Both the position numbers and the translations under genes were made by a program. From the human T2T-CHM13v2.0 reference genome, Homo sapiens, in the NCBI RefSeq assembly GCF_009914755.1, contig NC_060942.1: a stretch of DNA of 64,000 nucleotides; one strand, 5' to 3'. Numbering within the stretch: the stretch's first letter is position 1; every line of letters starts with the position of its first letter. The notes beneath the pieces are model-generated. The model was not told where the DNA came from, made no database searches, and worked only from the letters and a program-made list of their open reading frames with translations. This document shows, piece by piece, positions 1 to 19,765 of this stretch.

Positions 1-39
1 ATCACATTGCAGTGGAAGCAAATGATTATAAATGACCTC

Positions 40-200
40 CTGTGAGATGTTTAACCTCCCTCAGACACAATTTTCTCTCCTGTGAAAATAGAGGGAGTCA
101 TCAATTAATACGTAGGGTAATTACATATGGTAAAGTATAAGAGAGGTGCTCAGCAATATTCTTGGCAATGAGTGAGCATTCTCCAAATGTTAGTTCCCTT
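40..200 (+). mobile_element. MIR SINE fragment
   Basis: ttaacctccctcagacacaattttctctcctgtgaaaata...gtgctcagcaatattcttggca...aaatgttag resembles the MIR core and 3' end. Confidence 0.6.
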
Positions 201-287
201 ATCTAACCCCTCAGAATCAATTAATAGTTTATATATCAATTATGGAAGATGTCAATGTACATAAATAATAACACAACAAAAGGAAGA

Positions 288-1010
288 AATTGATATCAGA
301 ATCTTGAAAAGATACCGGCCCTCCCATGTTCTTTGTGGCATTATCTGCAATAGCTAAGATCTAGAAACAACCTAAATATCCATCAGTAAATGAATGGGCA
401 AAGAAAATATGTGTGTGTATTCATGTAAATATAAAATGGAATATTATTCCACAATAAAAATGGCAATCCTCTCATTTGAGACAACACAGATGGGCAGGGA
501 GGACATTATGCTAGGTGAAATAAGTCAGACACAGAAAATCAAATAGCAGATCATCTTGCTTACATGTAAAATCTAAATAGTCAAACTCGTAGAAGCAGAG
601 AGTACAATGGTGGTTACCAGGATATATGGGCATGGGGGCAAGAATGAAGAAATGATGGTCAAAGGGTACAAAGTTTCAGTTATGCAGGAAAATGAAGTTT
701 GGGTATATATTAATATACATATACAGTATATATTAATAGCATAGTACTTATAGCTAATAATACTATTAGGTTGGTGCAAAAGTAATTGTGATTTTACCAT
801 TGAAAGTAATATCAAAAACCTCAATTACTTTTAAGATGGTAGATTTTATGTTAAATATTCTTATCACAAACTAATAATAATAAGGATGGGAGGAAATTTT
901 TGGAGGTGACGGAACTGTCTGTGAATTTCATGGTAGCAATACTTTCATGGGTGTATATATGTGCTTATCCCCTAACTTGTCAAGTTGCAGACATTAAATA
1001 TGTACAGTGT
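288..1010 (+). mobile_element. Old L1 (L1MA9/L1MB-like) 3' end, interrupted by MADE1
   Basis: gaaacaacctaaatatccatcagtaaatgaatgg; ggacattatgctaggtgaaataagtcagacacagaaa; ggtcaaagggtacaaagtttcagttatg are L1M ORF2-end/3'UTR motifs. Confidence 0.85.
766..832. mobile_element. MADE1 (Hsmar1-derived MITE), right end truncated
   Basis: ta|ttaggttggtgcaaaagtaattgtgatttt...aaaaacctcaattactttt; lacks terminal gcaccaacctaa. Confidence 0.9.
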
Positions 1011-1889
1011 CTTACATGATAATCATGAGATTAACATGAGATATGAAAGAACATGAGATATGACATTTCTTCTGACCAAATGAAAGACAAAAAAGACTAC
1101 AGTACAATAAGTCCTGGCTTTCCTATCAAAGAACTGCATCATTTTTGCCAAGTCATGTGCTACACATGCCCTTGATTGGCTTCCCCTTCTGAGAAGTGAA
1201 GCATTTCGGCCGTATGATCTCAAAATCCCTTTCTGATTTATGGAATTATATTAATTAATTATATATATATTTATCCATAGTTATTTGGATTTACTTTTCA
1301 ACATACAAAGGTGTAATTTAATTCTTATATTTGTTTTATAATCTTTAAAACCTAATTTTTGTTATTTGAGATTGTAAAAATTAAGTTTACATTATGTAGC
1401 TGAGAAGTAGGTAACTATCTATTCTGTATTACTGTGAGTTAGCCTGAATTTCAAGTAAAAGCATCTTCATTTTTCTTACTTTTTATATACAGCAATATCA
1501 TCATAGGGTCATTTTGTAATGATCTTTTCAGTTTTCTAGTGCGGTGAAATAATTAGAAATAGAATGAAATTGGCTGGTCATTGCTCACACATTCAAGTAG
1601 CTATTCCTTCTGCAAGTATTATCAGTGTAAACCACTGACAGTCTGCTTTAGAGTTGGGGGACAGCCTTGCTTTCTTCAGGTAAATTGCAGCTGGCAGACA
1701 CAAAGTATTTTAACTTCCTGTCTAACTTCTTTTAAAACATGATCTGCATCTGTCCCTATCTTTATGCCATCTCTTATTGTCCCAGAGAATCTTCCCTTTA
1801 GTATACACCTTTATCTACAATCTTGCTCAATCACATTTCCTCTGGGACTTCATCAATTTCCTCCTCTCTCTCTAGTAAGAAATTCCAGT

Positions 1890-2053
1890 GAGTTTGTTAA
1901 GAACCTGAATTCAGTCTACCTCTGCCACTGCTAGCTATGTGCACTTGGGCATATTATTTAGAAGTCTGTGTCTGTCCCGGGAGGCAGAGGTTGCGGTGAG
2001 CCGAGATTGTGCCATTGCACTACAGCCTGGGCAACAAGAGCAAAATTCCATCT

Positions 2054-2087
<34 letters not shown>

Positions 2088-2205
2088 GTGTCTGTGTTTC
2101 CTCAGCTGTAAAACAGGATAATAATATAACCTCCCTGGTAAGGCATTTGATGAGCATTAAATGAAATACTTATAAAGTATTTAGAAGAAGACCTTAATAA
2201 ATATT
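1890..2205 (+). mobile_element. MIR SINE split by a truncated Alu
   Basis: tctgccactgctagctatgtgcacttgggc...gtttcctcagctgtaaaacaggataata...gagcattaaatgaaat. Confidence 0.75.
1976..2084 (+). mobile_element. 5'-truncated AluS (right-arm end) with A30 tail
   Basis: cccgggaggcagaggttgcggtgagccgag...gggcaacaagagc; TSD CTGTGTCTGT at 1966-1975 and 2086-2095. Confidence 0.92.
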
Positions 2206-4109
2206 GGCTCTTATTTTATCTTTGACCTCTCTCTCTACCAGCTACTTATCCTGAACATGTAAATATAGAGCCTCTCCCTCTGTAAAAATTCTCTCTTTTG
2301 CTCTTTTTTATTCAACTACTACCTTATTTTTTTCTTTTACTCTCATCTGAGTGTATTAATAGTTTACCTGCATTAGTTTCACCCTATCTATCACAAAATT
2401 CTACTAATTTTGCCACCTATTTCTAAAACAAATCCTCTCCTCTCTAGGTCACTGCCCTAACTCATACTTTTATTATCTCTCACCTGTTCTGTGCCAAAAG
2501 CCTTATGCCTGCTTTGAAACAGAAGAATGACTTTATTCTAAATAAATATATAATTTAGTAAAAAAGAAAAGCCTTAACAAAACGAAGATATGGCAATACA
2601 CACTTGCTATGTCAATATTTTAAAATAAATTACAAGGTTTAATTACGTTCTTTGACTAGGAAATTTTAAAAGAAGAAACGTGATGACAAATTCAAATACT
2701 GGGAAGCATTCCATGTTAATTGTTTATTTATTGAGCCAGAAGGCAAGCCTGGATGGTCTGATAGAGCTGCTTACCAGAAGGACACAGCCTTTCCAAACTT
2801 TTAATGCAATTTGCCCTTGGAACTACAGGAAAGCTTATTTTATTTTGATGTTCCCGCATCCTGTGATGTTTATTTATTTAATAAACAGACCATGGGTTTG
2901 GAAACAAAATAATCTATACAATAGAACCCTCTGAACATATTTTGTGACTCTTCAGCCACAGCGTAAAAGTGCTGAAAAAAATAGCATTAACCAGAGAAGG
3001 ATTTACGAATAGATAAATTCTGATATTATTAATAGTTGTTATAAAGAATAATTTTAATTTATTTTGAAGAGACATCTCTACATCTTGTATAAAATTAATG
3101 GCTGTTTCAATATCAGATGTATATTTGGATTTGCAGGTCATCTTAAATTATTTTTTAGACTCACATTATATTTCTATTTATTGGTTCATGAAAAAGTTTA
3201 TCAAATTAGTGTTCTATATCCCCTGCCTCTGTTTTTCCCATGCATGCATTAACACTTTGAAATATAGATTTATCTTCCAACACTTTAGTAAAATAGCTCT
3301 GTTTGTTAAAGTCAGCCATTTAAATTATTGTGTTTTTTGGGTAAGTTATGAGGCTAACTCTCCCTGATTTTATTCTATTTATCCTCTTATTACTTTTTGA
3401 TTTGTTGATACTGGTTTATTTTCTTCTCATGTTCTCAAAATGAGAGGCAACTCACCAATTGTTTTCTAACATGAAAATTAACATTTTAAAAATTCATTTC
3501 ATAATACATCATACTAAATGCCATTTCATTCCAATTTTTCAATAAAAACATTTCAATCCTGGAATTGCACACTACAACAAAGTAGATATAAGATGATTAA
3601 ATTATGAAATCCTAGTAGCTGCAGGCAAGGGTGGAGGGGCAATGAGCAATTTGTATATGCAGGAAGTAATCAAGAGTACATGGATTTCTGCTCAGTGCAG
3701 TATCAAGGTCAGGCTCATTTTGGAAACTGTGCCTGACCAAAAGCCAAGAACCATAAAATCAGCCCACCAACAAAGTACCACTCAAGGACAATACTGAAGG
3801 AACCGAACCAAAGACAGTAAACAATGCAACAAAACAGAGAGGTATTTAGGAAGATGACAGACTGCTGAAGAAGATGCAGAGCAGAAATGTGAGCCATACT
3901 GCAAGCACAAAGAAGCTCTTCCTTGGTAATGAGTAACTGTCAGTGGTCACTGAAGTGTGGGCATTCCGCTTGTATTGTGTTTTTAAGGAGGGAAGCACTT
4001 AGAGCTTAAAAGTGCAGCTGATGCCAACTAAAAAACCCATTTGCCCGATACAGCTGAAGACATGGAGAATTTCCAATAATTAATCATAAATATTCTTTTC
4101 CAAATAATC

Positions 4110-4630
4110 TGTTCATTCAGCATTCTCAGTTGGAAACAACAAAATCTACTTTAGCAAGATTGAAATGCAAGTTTTTATTAAAGGAAATGAGGGAGTTCAC
4201 AGAATTTTCAGGAGGGACAAAGAACCAGGCTTGGTGCTATTCAATTGGAAACAATGGAGCCAGGAGCTGCACCCAAACACATAGGGAGGATGTTCTGCTA
4301 AAAACACCACAACTGCCATAGCTCACCGCTGGACGTTGACAAGGATATTGATTGAACATTGGAAGTTCTGCCACAGTCCCAAAGAACTAGACAGCCCCAC
4401 CACTGTGCTCATCCAAAGATCAGTCCACATGTTGGTGGCTATGATTTTATGCTGCCCCTTCCACATCTAGTTTTCATTTGAGTGCATCTAATTGGTATAA
4501 CCTAGGCCAAGCACCCACTTACCAGCAACTAGGAAGTGGGAGAAATTTAGTATTTGGAAATCTATTTCAGAAGGATGGGATGTGCATATCAAAATATTTA
4601 GGAGATGTGCAAAAGATGCCAGCCAGTAGG
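4110..4630 (-). mobile_element. Old MaLR LTR (MLT1K-O-like)
   Basis: ttctcagttggaaacaacaaaatctactttagc...ttttattaaaggaaatgagggagttcacag...gcatctaattggtataacctaggcc. Confidence 0.55.
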
Positions 4631-4764
4631 AATAACAGAAGGTCACCTAATTCCTGACATAAGAAAATGACCATTCCTGGAAAGTTTATCCATAAAGAGA
4701 CACGAAAAAGTGGACCAGAAGACAACCTAGAATTGAAAGATCAGCGTAGTCATCATAAACTAGA

Positions 4765-4953
4765 CTAGTGGTCTTCAAACTGGATTGCATGATGAACTCA
4801 TTTGGAAGGCTTGTTAAAGCACAGATTGCTTGGCACAGGCCCGTAAGTTTCCATTCAGAAGGCCTGGGGTCGGGCAGGAGATTCCACAGTTCTAACAAAG
4901 TCTCAGGTAACCTTGATAATGATAGTTCCAGGACCACACCCCGAGAACCCCTG
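4765..4953. mobile_element. MER5A hAT-Charlie MITE
   Basis: ~190 bp: ctagtggtcttcaaact...cttgttaaagcacagattgct...ttctaacaaagtctcaggt...gagaacccctgg. Confidence 0.8.
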
Positions 4954-6509
4954 GACTACTACACGATAAGCATTTCCTTGAGTAACTGCTGGTTAAAGTT
5001 CTCACAAATTCAGTCTTGATGTTGGATTAAAAGTCAGTTGAAAAAGTACAGGATAAGTAATTCTGTATTTTTTTTAATAAATATACCTGTGTATTACTTT
5101 TCAATTAAACATTTTATTATTTATATGAATTCTTGGGTTACAGAATTCCTTCAAGGAATTCTAAAGTTATGTATACGAACCAGATATGTCCAATCTCACA
5201 GTCACTCTCAGAATTCAGAAACAGAGCAAGAACAGACCAGGAATGTTCCTATTGGGTGTATTACATGTCACAGTAACTAAAACTTTAAGATGATTTTATT
5301 ATTTAGTGCAGGCTTCAGTAATTCCTAAGAGACAAAATTGGAGCCTGCATACAAGTATTAATTTTACAAATTTTATAATTTTTGGAAACTAATTTATGGT
5401 GACAGGAATAATATTTAAAAAGACACTGTATAGATAAAGATGAATATACCCTATTTTTATTTTTTGTAAATAATATTTCATATATCTAGGTGAGATTCCC
5501 TAATGAAAATGAAACATTTCTATTGACACACAATTTACCTAGTAGATACAGAAACCTGTGTCTAGGGATTAAAATGAAGCTATGATATAACCTAAGCTAT
5601 CCTCAGTCGTTGTTATCATTTTTATTTTTTGATTCGTATTCTTCTCTCTAGTTTGTGCAATTGGTCAGAAAAAAACAACATTATGGTGAGGCTCACTGCC
5701 CTATATTCTGATTAACATTGTCGCATATTGCTAAAATTGCCCTTTCTATGTTCCCAAATAGTAATAAAGCTTCAAAGTCACACATGACCATATGCCAATT
5801 AGAACAATATTTAGTTTTTTCATAAAATTTAATTTTATGCCTTTAATTTTTCTTGAGTCAAATGCAGTTCTTTTAAAGAAAAGACATTTTCCATTAAAAT
5901 TTTTTTTTCTCAGTACATTTTGAGGTTTAAAGTTATTTTGTTCACAAGTTGAAGAAAAATGCCATTTCTTAAAATACAGCATTCTTGGTGGATATATTTG
6001 GATTTTCAATTTGGTACATAAGCATGATAAATTATGCATTCATATTACTGATAATGCTGAATTTCTGCACCTTCAGATAATGGTTAGTCCCTGGTGATAA
6101 TTACACAACAGATGGTTTTCCTGAAGCAGAACGACACATATCATGCAATTTAACCATGAAGGAAATGGAGAGGGCTTATAAAAATAAATAGAGATAGACA
6201 CCTGATAAGTGACTTAATACACAGCAATATGTTGAGTCAGACACAAACATTCATTTTCCCATCATTAATTTGGCTGATTTTCATGGAAATCTCATAGGTG
6301 AGGATGTAAACAATCCTTTCCTGACTGTGTCCATCCTCACAGGCTATGTGTACTTGTGAAAATGAAATATTTTGTTTTAATCTGCTTTTGCCATGGTTTT
6401 CAAAATACGATCTTATCTCTTTTAGGTTACTGAAGCATGAACACTAACTTATTGATGGAGGGGATTCAAAAGAGCTTTCTTTTGTTCATCTGGAAAAACC
6501 AAACGCCCT

Positions 6510-7393
6510 CTTTTTAAGTAGCTTTATTGAAATATAATGCATACATTATAAAAGTCAACATTTATAGTATATAATTCAGTGCTCTTAGTGGTTTCATACC
6601 AAGTGGTTTTATATTCACAGTGTTGTACAATCATCCTTACTCTCATTTGCAACTTCCCAAAAAGAAACACTATGCCCATTTTTAGTTACTTCTCATGACC
6701 CCACTCCAATTTAATTCCTCCCTTCAGTTTTCAACAATCATATTCTTTCAATCTTTGTAGATTTGCCTTTTCTTGACACTACATATAAATAGAATCCTAC
6801 AATATATGCTCATTTTTGCCTAGTTTCTTTCACTTAGCATAATATTTTCAAGGTTTATTCATGCTCTAGCATGTATCAATGCTTCATTTATTTTTATGGC
6901 CAAATACTACTCCATTATATGAATATACAAAATTTCGGTTACCTGTTCCTCAGTTAAAAGAACTTTTTGGTATTATAAATAGCACTGCTGTAAACATTAG
7001 TGTACACATCTTTATAAATGTGGACTTCGTTTTCAATTCTCTTGTGTACATAGCAATGAATAGAATTTCTCGGTCACATGGTAACACTATGTTTAAAATT
7101 TGAGGAAACGCTGAATTTTTTTTCCAAAGTCATGACATCATTTTATATTCTCCCAACAAGGTACGAGGGTTCTAAGTTCTTCATGTCCTTGTTATTGACA
7201 ACTTTTTGATTTTATCCATCTGAGTGCACGTGAGGTGATACTTCATTGTGGTTCTAATTTTCATTTCCCTAATGACTAATGATATTGAGCATGTGTCTAT
7301 ATGCTTATTGTATATCATGCTATACATTCTTTATAGTATATTGTGCTTATGTGTATAACTTGGACAACAGCCTTCAAATAATTTTCCCATTTT
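6510..7393 (-). mobile_element. Old L1M 3' portion (host element, part 1)
   Basis: gctttattgaaatataat...catttccctaatgactaatgatattgagcat; resumes after the nested L1 at 12102. Confidence 0.85.
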
Positions 7394-12101
<4,708 letters not shown>

Positions 12102-12520
12102 CCCATTTTTTAATTGGGTTATTTGTCTTTCCATTGCTAGGTTTTAAGAGGTCTTTCTATATTCTGGATATAATTCCCCTTATGATTACAAGTATTTTCT
12201 TTTATTCTGGGTGTTTTCTTTTCACTTTCTTGATGATATTCTTTGCAGCAAGCAGTTTTTCATCTTAATAGAAGCAAAGTATCTACTTATTTTCTTTTGT
12301 TGCTTGTGTCCTTCAGTGTTATATCTAAAATAAATGACCTAACCCAAGGGCACAAAGACTTACTCCTCTATTTTCTTCTACAAATTGTATAATTTCAGGT
12401 TAATAATCATTTTAAATTAGTTTTTTTATGTGTAGTGTAACATATGGATCCAACTTTATTTTTTTGCATGTGAATATCCAGTTGCCTCAGCACCACTGTT
12501 AAGAGATGATTATTGAATTG
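12102..12520 (-). mobile_element. Old L1M (host element, part 2)
   Basis: cccattttttaattgggttatttgtc...atattctggatata...gcatgtgaatatccagttg continues the element broken at 7393. Confidence 0.8.
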
Positions 12521-12604
12521 ACAATTGTCTCATGATAGACAGATGCATAAGGCTTTTATATAAGAGTTTATAAGATAAAGAATATGGAATCTAAGTAGCA
12601 AATA

Positions 12605-12648
12605 TTAGGTTGGTGCTAATGTAATTGCGGTTTTTGCCATTAAAAGTA
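12605..12648. mobile_element. MADE1 half element
   Basis: ta|ttaggttggtgctaatgtaattgcggtttttgccattaaaagta. Confidence 0.85.
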
Positions 12649-12729
12649 TGTTGGACTGTCTTCAATCTTGGCTTTTTTGTTCTCAGATCTAGTCTTTTCT
12701 CCTGTATGGTAGCAGTGCTAAATCTTAAC

Positions 12730-13120
12730 ATGTGTGTTTCCCAGACTCCCATTGCTAAATATGGTAAAAGGCAACAACAGAAAAGCCTAAAATGGGAGAA
12801 AGGAACTAGCTCCTCTCTGTCGTGGGCAGCATCTCCGGAAGCAGTTCTATCTTCTTGCTGTTCTAGGCCTTGATGGACAGAGGTGCCTTCATGTCAACTT
12901 CTGCTTGGTTCTTGTGACATTGGACAACACTCTCTAAATTCCAGTAATACCTTTGCTTTTTAGTCCTGGAATGGCAGCAGCTTCTTTGTTAATTTCCAGG
13001 TCATCTCCTTGTCCCAGTTGGCACTTTTAACTTTTTAATCACCTATATAATTAATCTCTTGTATTGAAACACTTCTTGAAAATGTAGAGTAGTTATCTTT
13101 TCTTGTTTATATCCTAATTA
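12730..13120 (+). mobile_element. ERVL-type LTR remnant (LTR33/LTR16-like)
   Basis: ttcccagactcccattgc...cagtaatacctttg...tcacctatataattaatctcttgtattgaaac resembles LTR33-type sequence. Confidence 0.45.
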
Positions 13121-14399
13121 TGCTGCCATCTACCAGTAGTAAAACTAGGGGATAAAGCTAGAAAGACAAGTTTCCTCATATGTCTTCTCTGATTTCTTAT
13201 CCTACTTCGTATCTCTTTCTCAGGATGGGGCCATACAAATTTTATCTCAGTCTCAATCAAACCTTCAGAATCTGGTGTAAATTCCATCCATGGTTTAGGG
13301 ACTCAATGAACTCTACTTTAAGATAAAGAAAACTCATCTCTTGTCAAGTCCTAGTTTAATTTCAACTTCATGTTCTTTCTTTCGTGTTTCTGATACGTGT
13401 CTTCCCCCAACTAAAAGAACATCTCCCCCATACTATTCTATCCTGTATGCCAGTTCTGATGACCAGCTACTCTTTAAATTCATGTCTGCTCTAGACCTGG
13501 AGTTTCATGAAGTTTGCCTGTTAGGGCAGCACCTTGAAGTTGCCAGTACTTCTAATTCAATTCAAATTAATTTAATTTAGTTTAACTTAATACACATTTT
13601 AAAGCATTTAATATACGCCAAACTTTCTGCTTAGCTTGGGGAGGTGGACAATTACTGCTCATAATGGGCAGCAAAGTAATGGAGGAGGTAAACGAAGCAA
13701 AACTTACAAAAATATCATAAATAAATACTATGGCAGCCATAAATACATGATCTTACACTATAGGACTTGCTGACATAGCTACTTATCTCTTAACAGTCAT
13801 GACCAATATGGATTTTTATCTTCCAGTCTAGAGTTGGGTGACATTTCAAACCCCACAACACTTGTACACATTGGTCTTCAAGGATTTTACAGTTAGGTTG
13901 AAAATTGATATCTAATGTGTTTCAAGCCTATACACACACACATGTATATGCAATTGCATATATATATTGTACATGTATATGCAATTAAACCTCAGAATGT
14001 GCTTGTCTATCTATGGAGAGAGGCCAAGGGCACCCACATTTAATTGAAAATGAATTCAGTGCACTGAGGCAGTATGTTAAGGTCCCAACCATAATAACTG
14101 TTTCCTCCACTAGTTTGTGAGGATGTCTAAATCTCTTTACTAAAGATTCATTTTTGTGTGTATTGAGTGAATCTGGGAATACTCATTCCATTTTAGTTTC
14201 TTATGCTATCTATGATTGTCTACTCTGTGTTAATTGTTAGTAACATTTCTTTCAGTTATTTAATAAGCACTTGATTGAAATATCACATACATATATCTAG
14301 ACACATACATATACATATGTGAAATTATTTTTCTATGTGAAATTATTTGACTTATAGTTTTATAGCTACTGGTATGGTTTGCATAAAGTAGTATGCATT

Positions 14400-14900
14400 A
14401 CCTATTTACTTACTTTATTTCAAAGGTTTATTGAGAACATAATGTTTTTGAAATTGTACTAGGCACTGGGGTGACCATGAAACTGTATCTAACTGTAGGA
14501 GACACCCCCAGAATATGATGGGAACACTGATCAGGGACACAGAAGCCAGACTGGAGCATTGATGGGGCAATGATTCAGGGAAGGCTTTCTAGAAATTTGA
14601 GTTATATTTTACAGTTTAAATTAACTTGGCACATGAAAATCAAAATTGAGAGTCAAAAAACTTCTAGCAGAGGGTACAGATTCAACTAAGAGTTGAATCC
14701 AAGAATAGCAATTTAGGGAACTGAAAGATTATCATGAGCAAATGTCAGCAAGAGGCTACAGGCAGATCATGTGGATGGGAACAAACAGTGAAAGCTCTTG
14801 CATGTAACCATAAGGAGCTTGCCATTCACCCTTTTGAAAAGGCAACCCTTCGAATGAGGGAGAAATCAGAATTGTATTTTATAAAAAAGTTATCAGGCAA
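14400..14900 (-). mobile_element. L2 LINE fragment
   Basis: tttattgagaacataatg...gtactaggcactggg...ttcagggaaggctttctaga...ccataaggagcttg. Confidence 0.55.
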
Positions 14901-15479
14901 TGGAGATTTAATGTGGTGAATGAATAAAAAGCTTTTCAATCTTCAAAACTCTTTTTTATTATGCAAATATGAAGTAGGAAAAGTAACATCTAAACCATAT
15001 TTGCAAATATTTTTTCGGAACTGACCTTCAAGTTTATTACACGCCTGGTATTTGAAGTCATAAGCAGAGAGATGCAGAGTAATAAGGCTTTCCTCTGCAA
15101 CAATTTGCTCAGAAAAATTTATTATTTTGTTTTTTAAAAATCCAACTAATGTTTCCTGTGTAGTTAAGAAGAAAAAAATCTGGTTGAGCAAGATTTCTGT
15201 TTTTGTCCTAAATTATTTCAATAAAGACATGAAAACCAGGGAAAAATACCTGCCAGATAAAGAAACCAAGTTTATGATTCTAAAATCCTAAAAGCATGGC
15301 CATGTTTAGCACCTACATTCATTATATCCCACATCAATCTATTAAGTAATTATGATCACATAAAACTTATACAGCTGAAGACCTCAACCTTCCCAGGCCT
15401 GCTTCTTTTGACAGTTTTACTAGAGTATCCATGTTTTTTGAAAGTGAACATTATATTGAATGAATATATCATGGAAATA

Positions 15480-15705
15480 TTTTTTTTAAATTATACTTTA
15501 AGTTTTAGGGTACATGTGCACAACGTGCAGGTTTGTTACATGTGTATACATGTGCCACGTTGGTGTGCTGCACCCATTAACTCATCATTTACATAAGGTA
15601 TATCTCCTAACGCTATCCCTCCCCCCTCCCCCCGCCCCACAACAGGTCCTGGTGTGTGATGTTCCCCTTCCTGTGTCCATGTGTTCTCATTGTTCAATTC
15701 CCATC
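15480..15705 (-). mobile_element. 5'-truncated L1PA (PA4-like) 3'UTR insertion
   Basis: ttatactttaagttttagggtacatgtgcacaacgtgcagg...; TSD TATCATGGAAATA at 15467-15479 and 15706-15718. Confidence 0.95.
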
Positions 15706-17094
15706 TATCATGGAAATAATTTATTCTTTTTAATCACTATTGAATTGCAGCTTCTTTATCTAGGAATGAAACTTTTCAGTTTAACAGAAATTTTTTTGAC
15801 TTGATAAGGAGTACATGTTATTAACTTTGATATATACATTTTTCATGTCAAAATATACTGGCTTTAAAACATGTTGCAACTATCTTTGTATATTTTATTT
15901 ATAATATGAATTATATATTTAAGTTTATAAAAAATACAAACTTTGAAAGCTAGCTAACTAACCTTTGGTTCTTTATTATAAATATAAAGTATATAAAATG
16001 ATTTTCTTCACTTTTACTAATTTAACATATTTATGCCCTTTGTAAATTATTTCAGTTTTTTTACACTTCATTTCTACCTTCATTATCTTAGAAGAATAAA
16101 AGTAAAAATATTATAATTTGTTCACTATAACACTAGGCTTTTTGAATAAATAATTTTAAAGGGGATAATGATTGTTATAATTATTATCATAAATCACAGA
16201 CTACAATTGGGATTAAAGTTCAAATTGTAAAATTAAAATTTTGTCCTAGGGCTATATATTTTAATACAGGAAGCATCGTTATGTTTTATTTTACCTTTTG
16301 ATACTTTTAATACTTCACAATTTTTGCCAATTAAAACTTAAAATATTGGTAGATTTCTCTCTCTCTCTCTCTCTTTCTGTATTTATTTCTTTGACATTGA
16401 CAGTTGATTTACTAATTAATACTACCTCCAAATTATGCCTCTGAAAATATATTTATCAAAAAATGATAATAAAAAATAGTATGCCTCTAAGTTTTTCATC
16501 AATCCACGCTGCTAAGATTTAGATAAACTATTTTTAAAAAGAACTCTTTAAAACATTTAAATATATTTGATTTTATACATTTAAATATAACTATTAAAAA
16601 TTTAAGCAAAGGAAACTTAGCAGCAAGTCTTCCTAGTATTTTCCTGGCTGGATTCTAAGTTTACCAATATTGGTACATTTGGAAAGCCTGCTACTTTTTT
16701 TTTAATGGACCAAATGATCATTTAGCATTTGAATTTTTAGTTGATTAGAAATGCATTCAACTGTTCCTTTGGTGAATAAGCTCAGCAGATATCAGGTAAT
16801 AACTGCTTTAAATGTGCTAGTAGACACTTCATTTATCTGAATAATAGGTTAGAAACCATTAATTTTGTAATTCAAACGAGTCTTAAAGATGCTCAAAGAC
16901 TTTGAAGAGGTGTTAACATTGCGTTTAAGGTATATCTCCCCTTGTCACTATGTGGCCACTTTCCTTCATCAAATATGTCATGTTTTGGTTCTCAATTCCC
17001 TTATCTTAAATGAAAGATTGTGCGAAGACTTTCATATTTTTTTCCAGTTTGAGCTCTTAGGATTCCAGGATACTGTGAAAAAAATTATTAGCTA

Positions 17095-17497
<403 letters not shown>

Positions 17498-17789
17498 TCA
17501 TACACTGACAAACATGGATAAAATCTATACTCGCTGACCTTTATTCCTCTGCCATATGCTTCAGATTCACTTCCCCATTCTGTGGTATGTGTCTATGAAC
17601 AAGATTTCTCCTTTCATTATTTTAATTAGATTTGTTTGACCCTTGCACTAGCTTGAAATGACAGTTCTTAATCTGGCTAGAAATGTCTTACTTATCTCAC
17701 TCCACTTAGAAGTGTTTTACTTATTATTTGAGCTATTTAGTCTTTCAAAAAATTTCACTTCTTGAATATGTCTAAGACACTGGAAACAA

Positions 17790-18420
17790 AATTCTGAGAT
17801 AAAATATTGATAGTTTCTACAGTCAGGGAAGTTTCAGCCTAATATTTGTGTAATTCATGAAACCATTAATTACACAATAGATTATTGAACCATCAGTAAT
17901 GCTACAAGTGAGACATTCATGAAACTTTGAGGATATATCGCCTACTTTGGGAAGGTCAAGGACCAGATTCCCGAGGAGTAATCATTGAGTTAAGTTATAA
18001 GGAAAGAAGAGGAATTAACCAGAGAAAGAGGAAGGTCAATCCAGGAAGAGAACGTGGAATCCAGAAGGCCAAGGACCTGAAATGTCCTGTGTTTTGGAGC
18101 AGGGGGAATGAAGGCAATGTTGTATATGATGATGCCCATAATACAATCTGGAATCAGATCCTTTAGGAGATATCCAATATTTTGGCTTTTACACTAAAGA
18201 GTAATGCAAGTGGCTATGGAGGCAGGCATTTGGTAAGACTTTTGAAACTTTGAAGACATTCAAAATTTTCAAAAGTTCAGCCTGCCTAAGCCAGAATTGA
18301 TGTGAGAGTGCTTCCCATAGCCTAGGTAGGAAATAATGGCCTTTAAAACCAGAATAGTGGCAGTTTACATGGATGCATGCAGATGAAGTCTAAGAATAAT
18401 CCGGAAGTGCATTTTACAGG
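17790..18420 (-). mobile_element. L2 LINE fragments
   Basis: gggaaggtcaaggacc...ggaattaaccagagaaagagg...ggcttttacactaaagagtaatg...cctaggtaggaaataatgg. Confidence 0.5.
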
Positions 18421-18994
18421 ACTAGGTTTTTGAGTAGATATCAGAGGACACTAAGATGGAGCTGTCAAACAGTGCCCGCCAGGTCCCAGCTTGATGAATG
18501 TCATTCAATATAATAGGGCATGGCAAGGAAGAGGGCCAGAGTAGCATGACAGCAGTTCTCCCTTTGTGCTGCTTCAGAAAATGAGTCTGCATCCTTTTTA
18601 TGTTTATTTCCACCTAATTTTCTTAAGCTTGTACCACTGTGTATATTCAGATTAGAGCCATATAGCCATGTGCTGCACGATTATCTTACAGTTTGTCAGC
18701 TCAAGAAATACTTACCTATAAAATCAGAGAGGCTGTTGGAAGTAAGAGTTAACAATTTTGGCCTTGGAATCTATGTATATTAGTGACTTTCTAAAAGTAA
18801 CACAACTAGTAAGAACTCTAAGTAGGATTTAAATATAATATATATTTACTCTTATTGGCAGACAGGATGTAGCCATTTTCTGTATTTTCTTCTATAGGCT
18901 GGAAACATTTTGTAGCTCTTTGTGGAGCTACATGCTTCTTAGAAATCTGTACCAACAAATAGCTTTAGTTAGGAAACTGTCTGTTGGGCTCACT

Positions 18995-19765
<771 letters not shown>
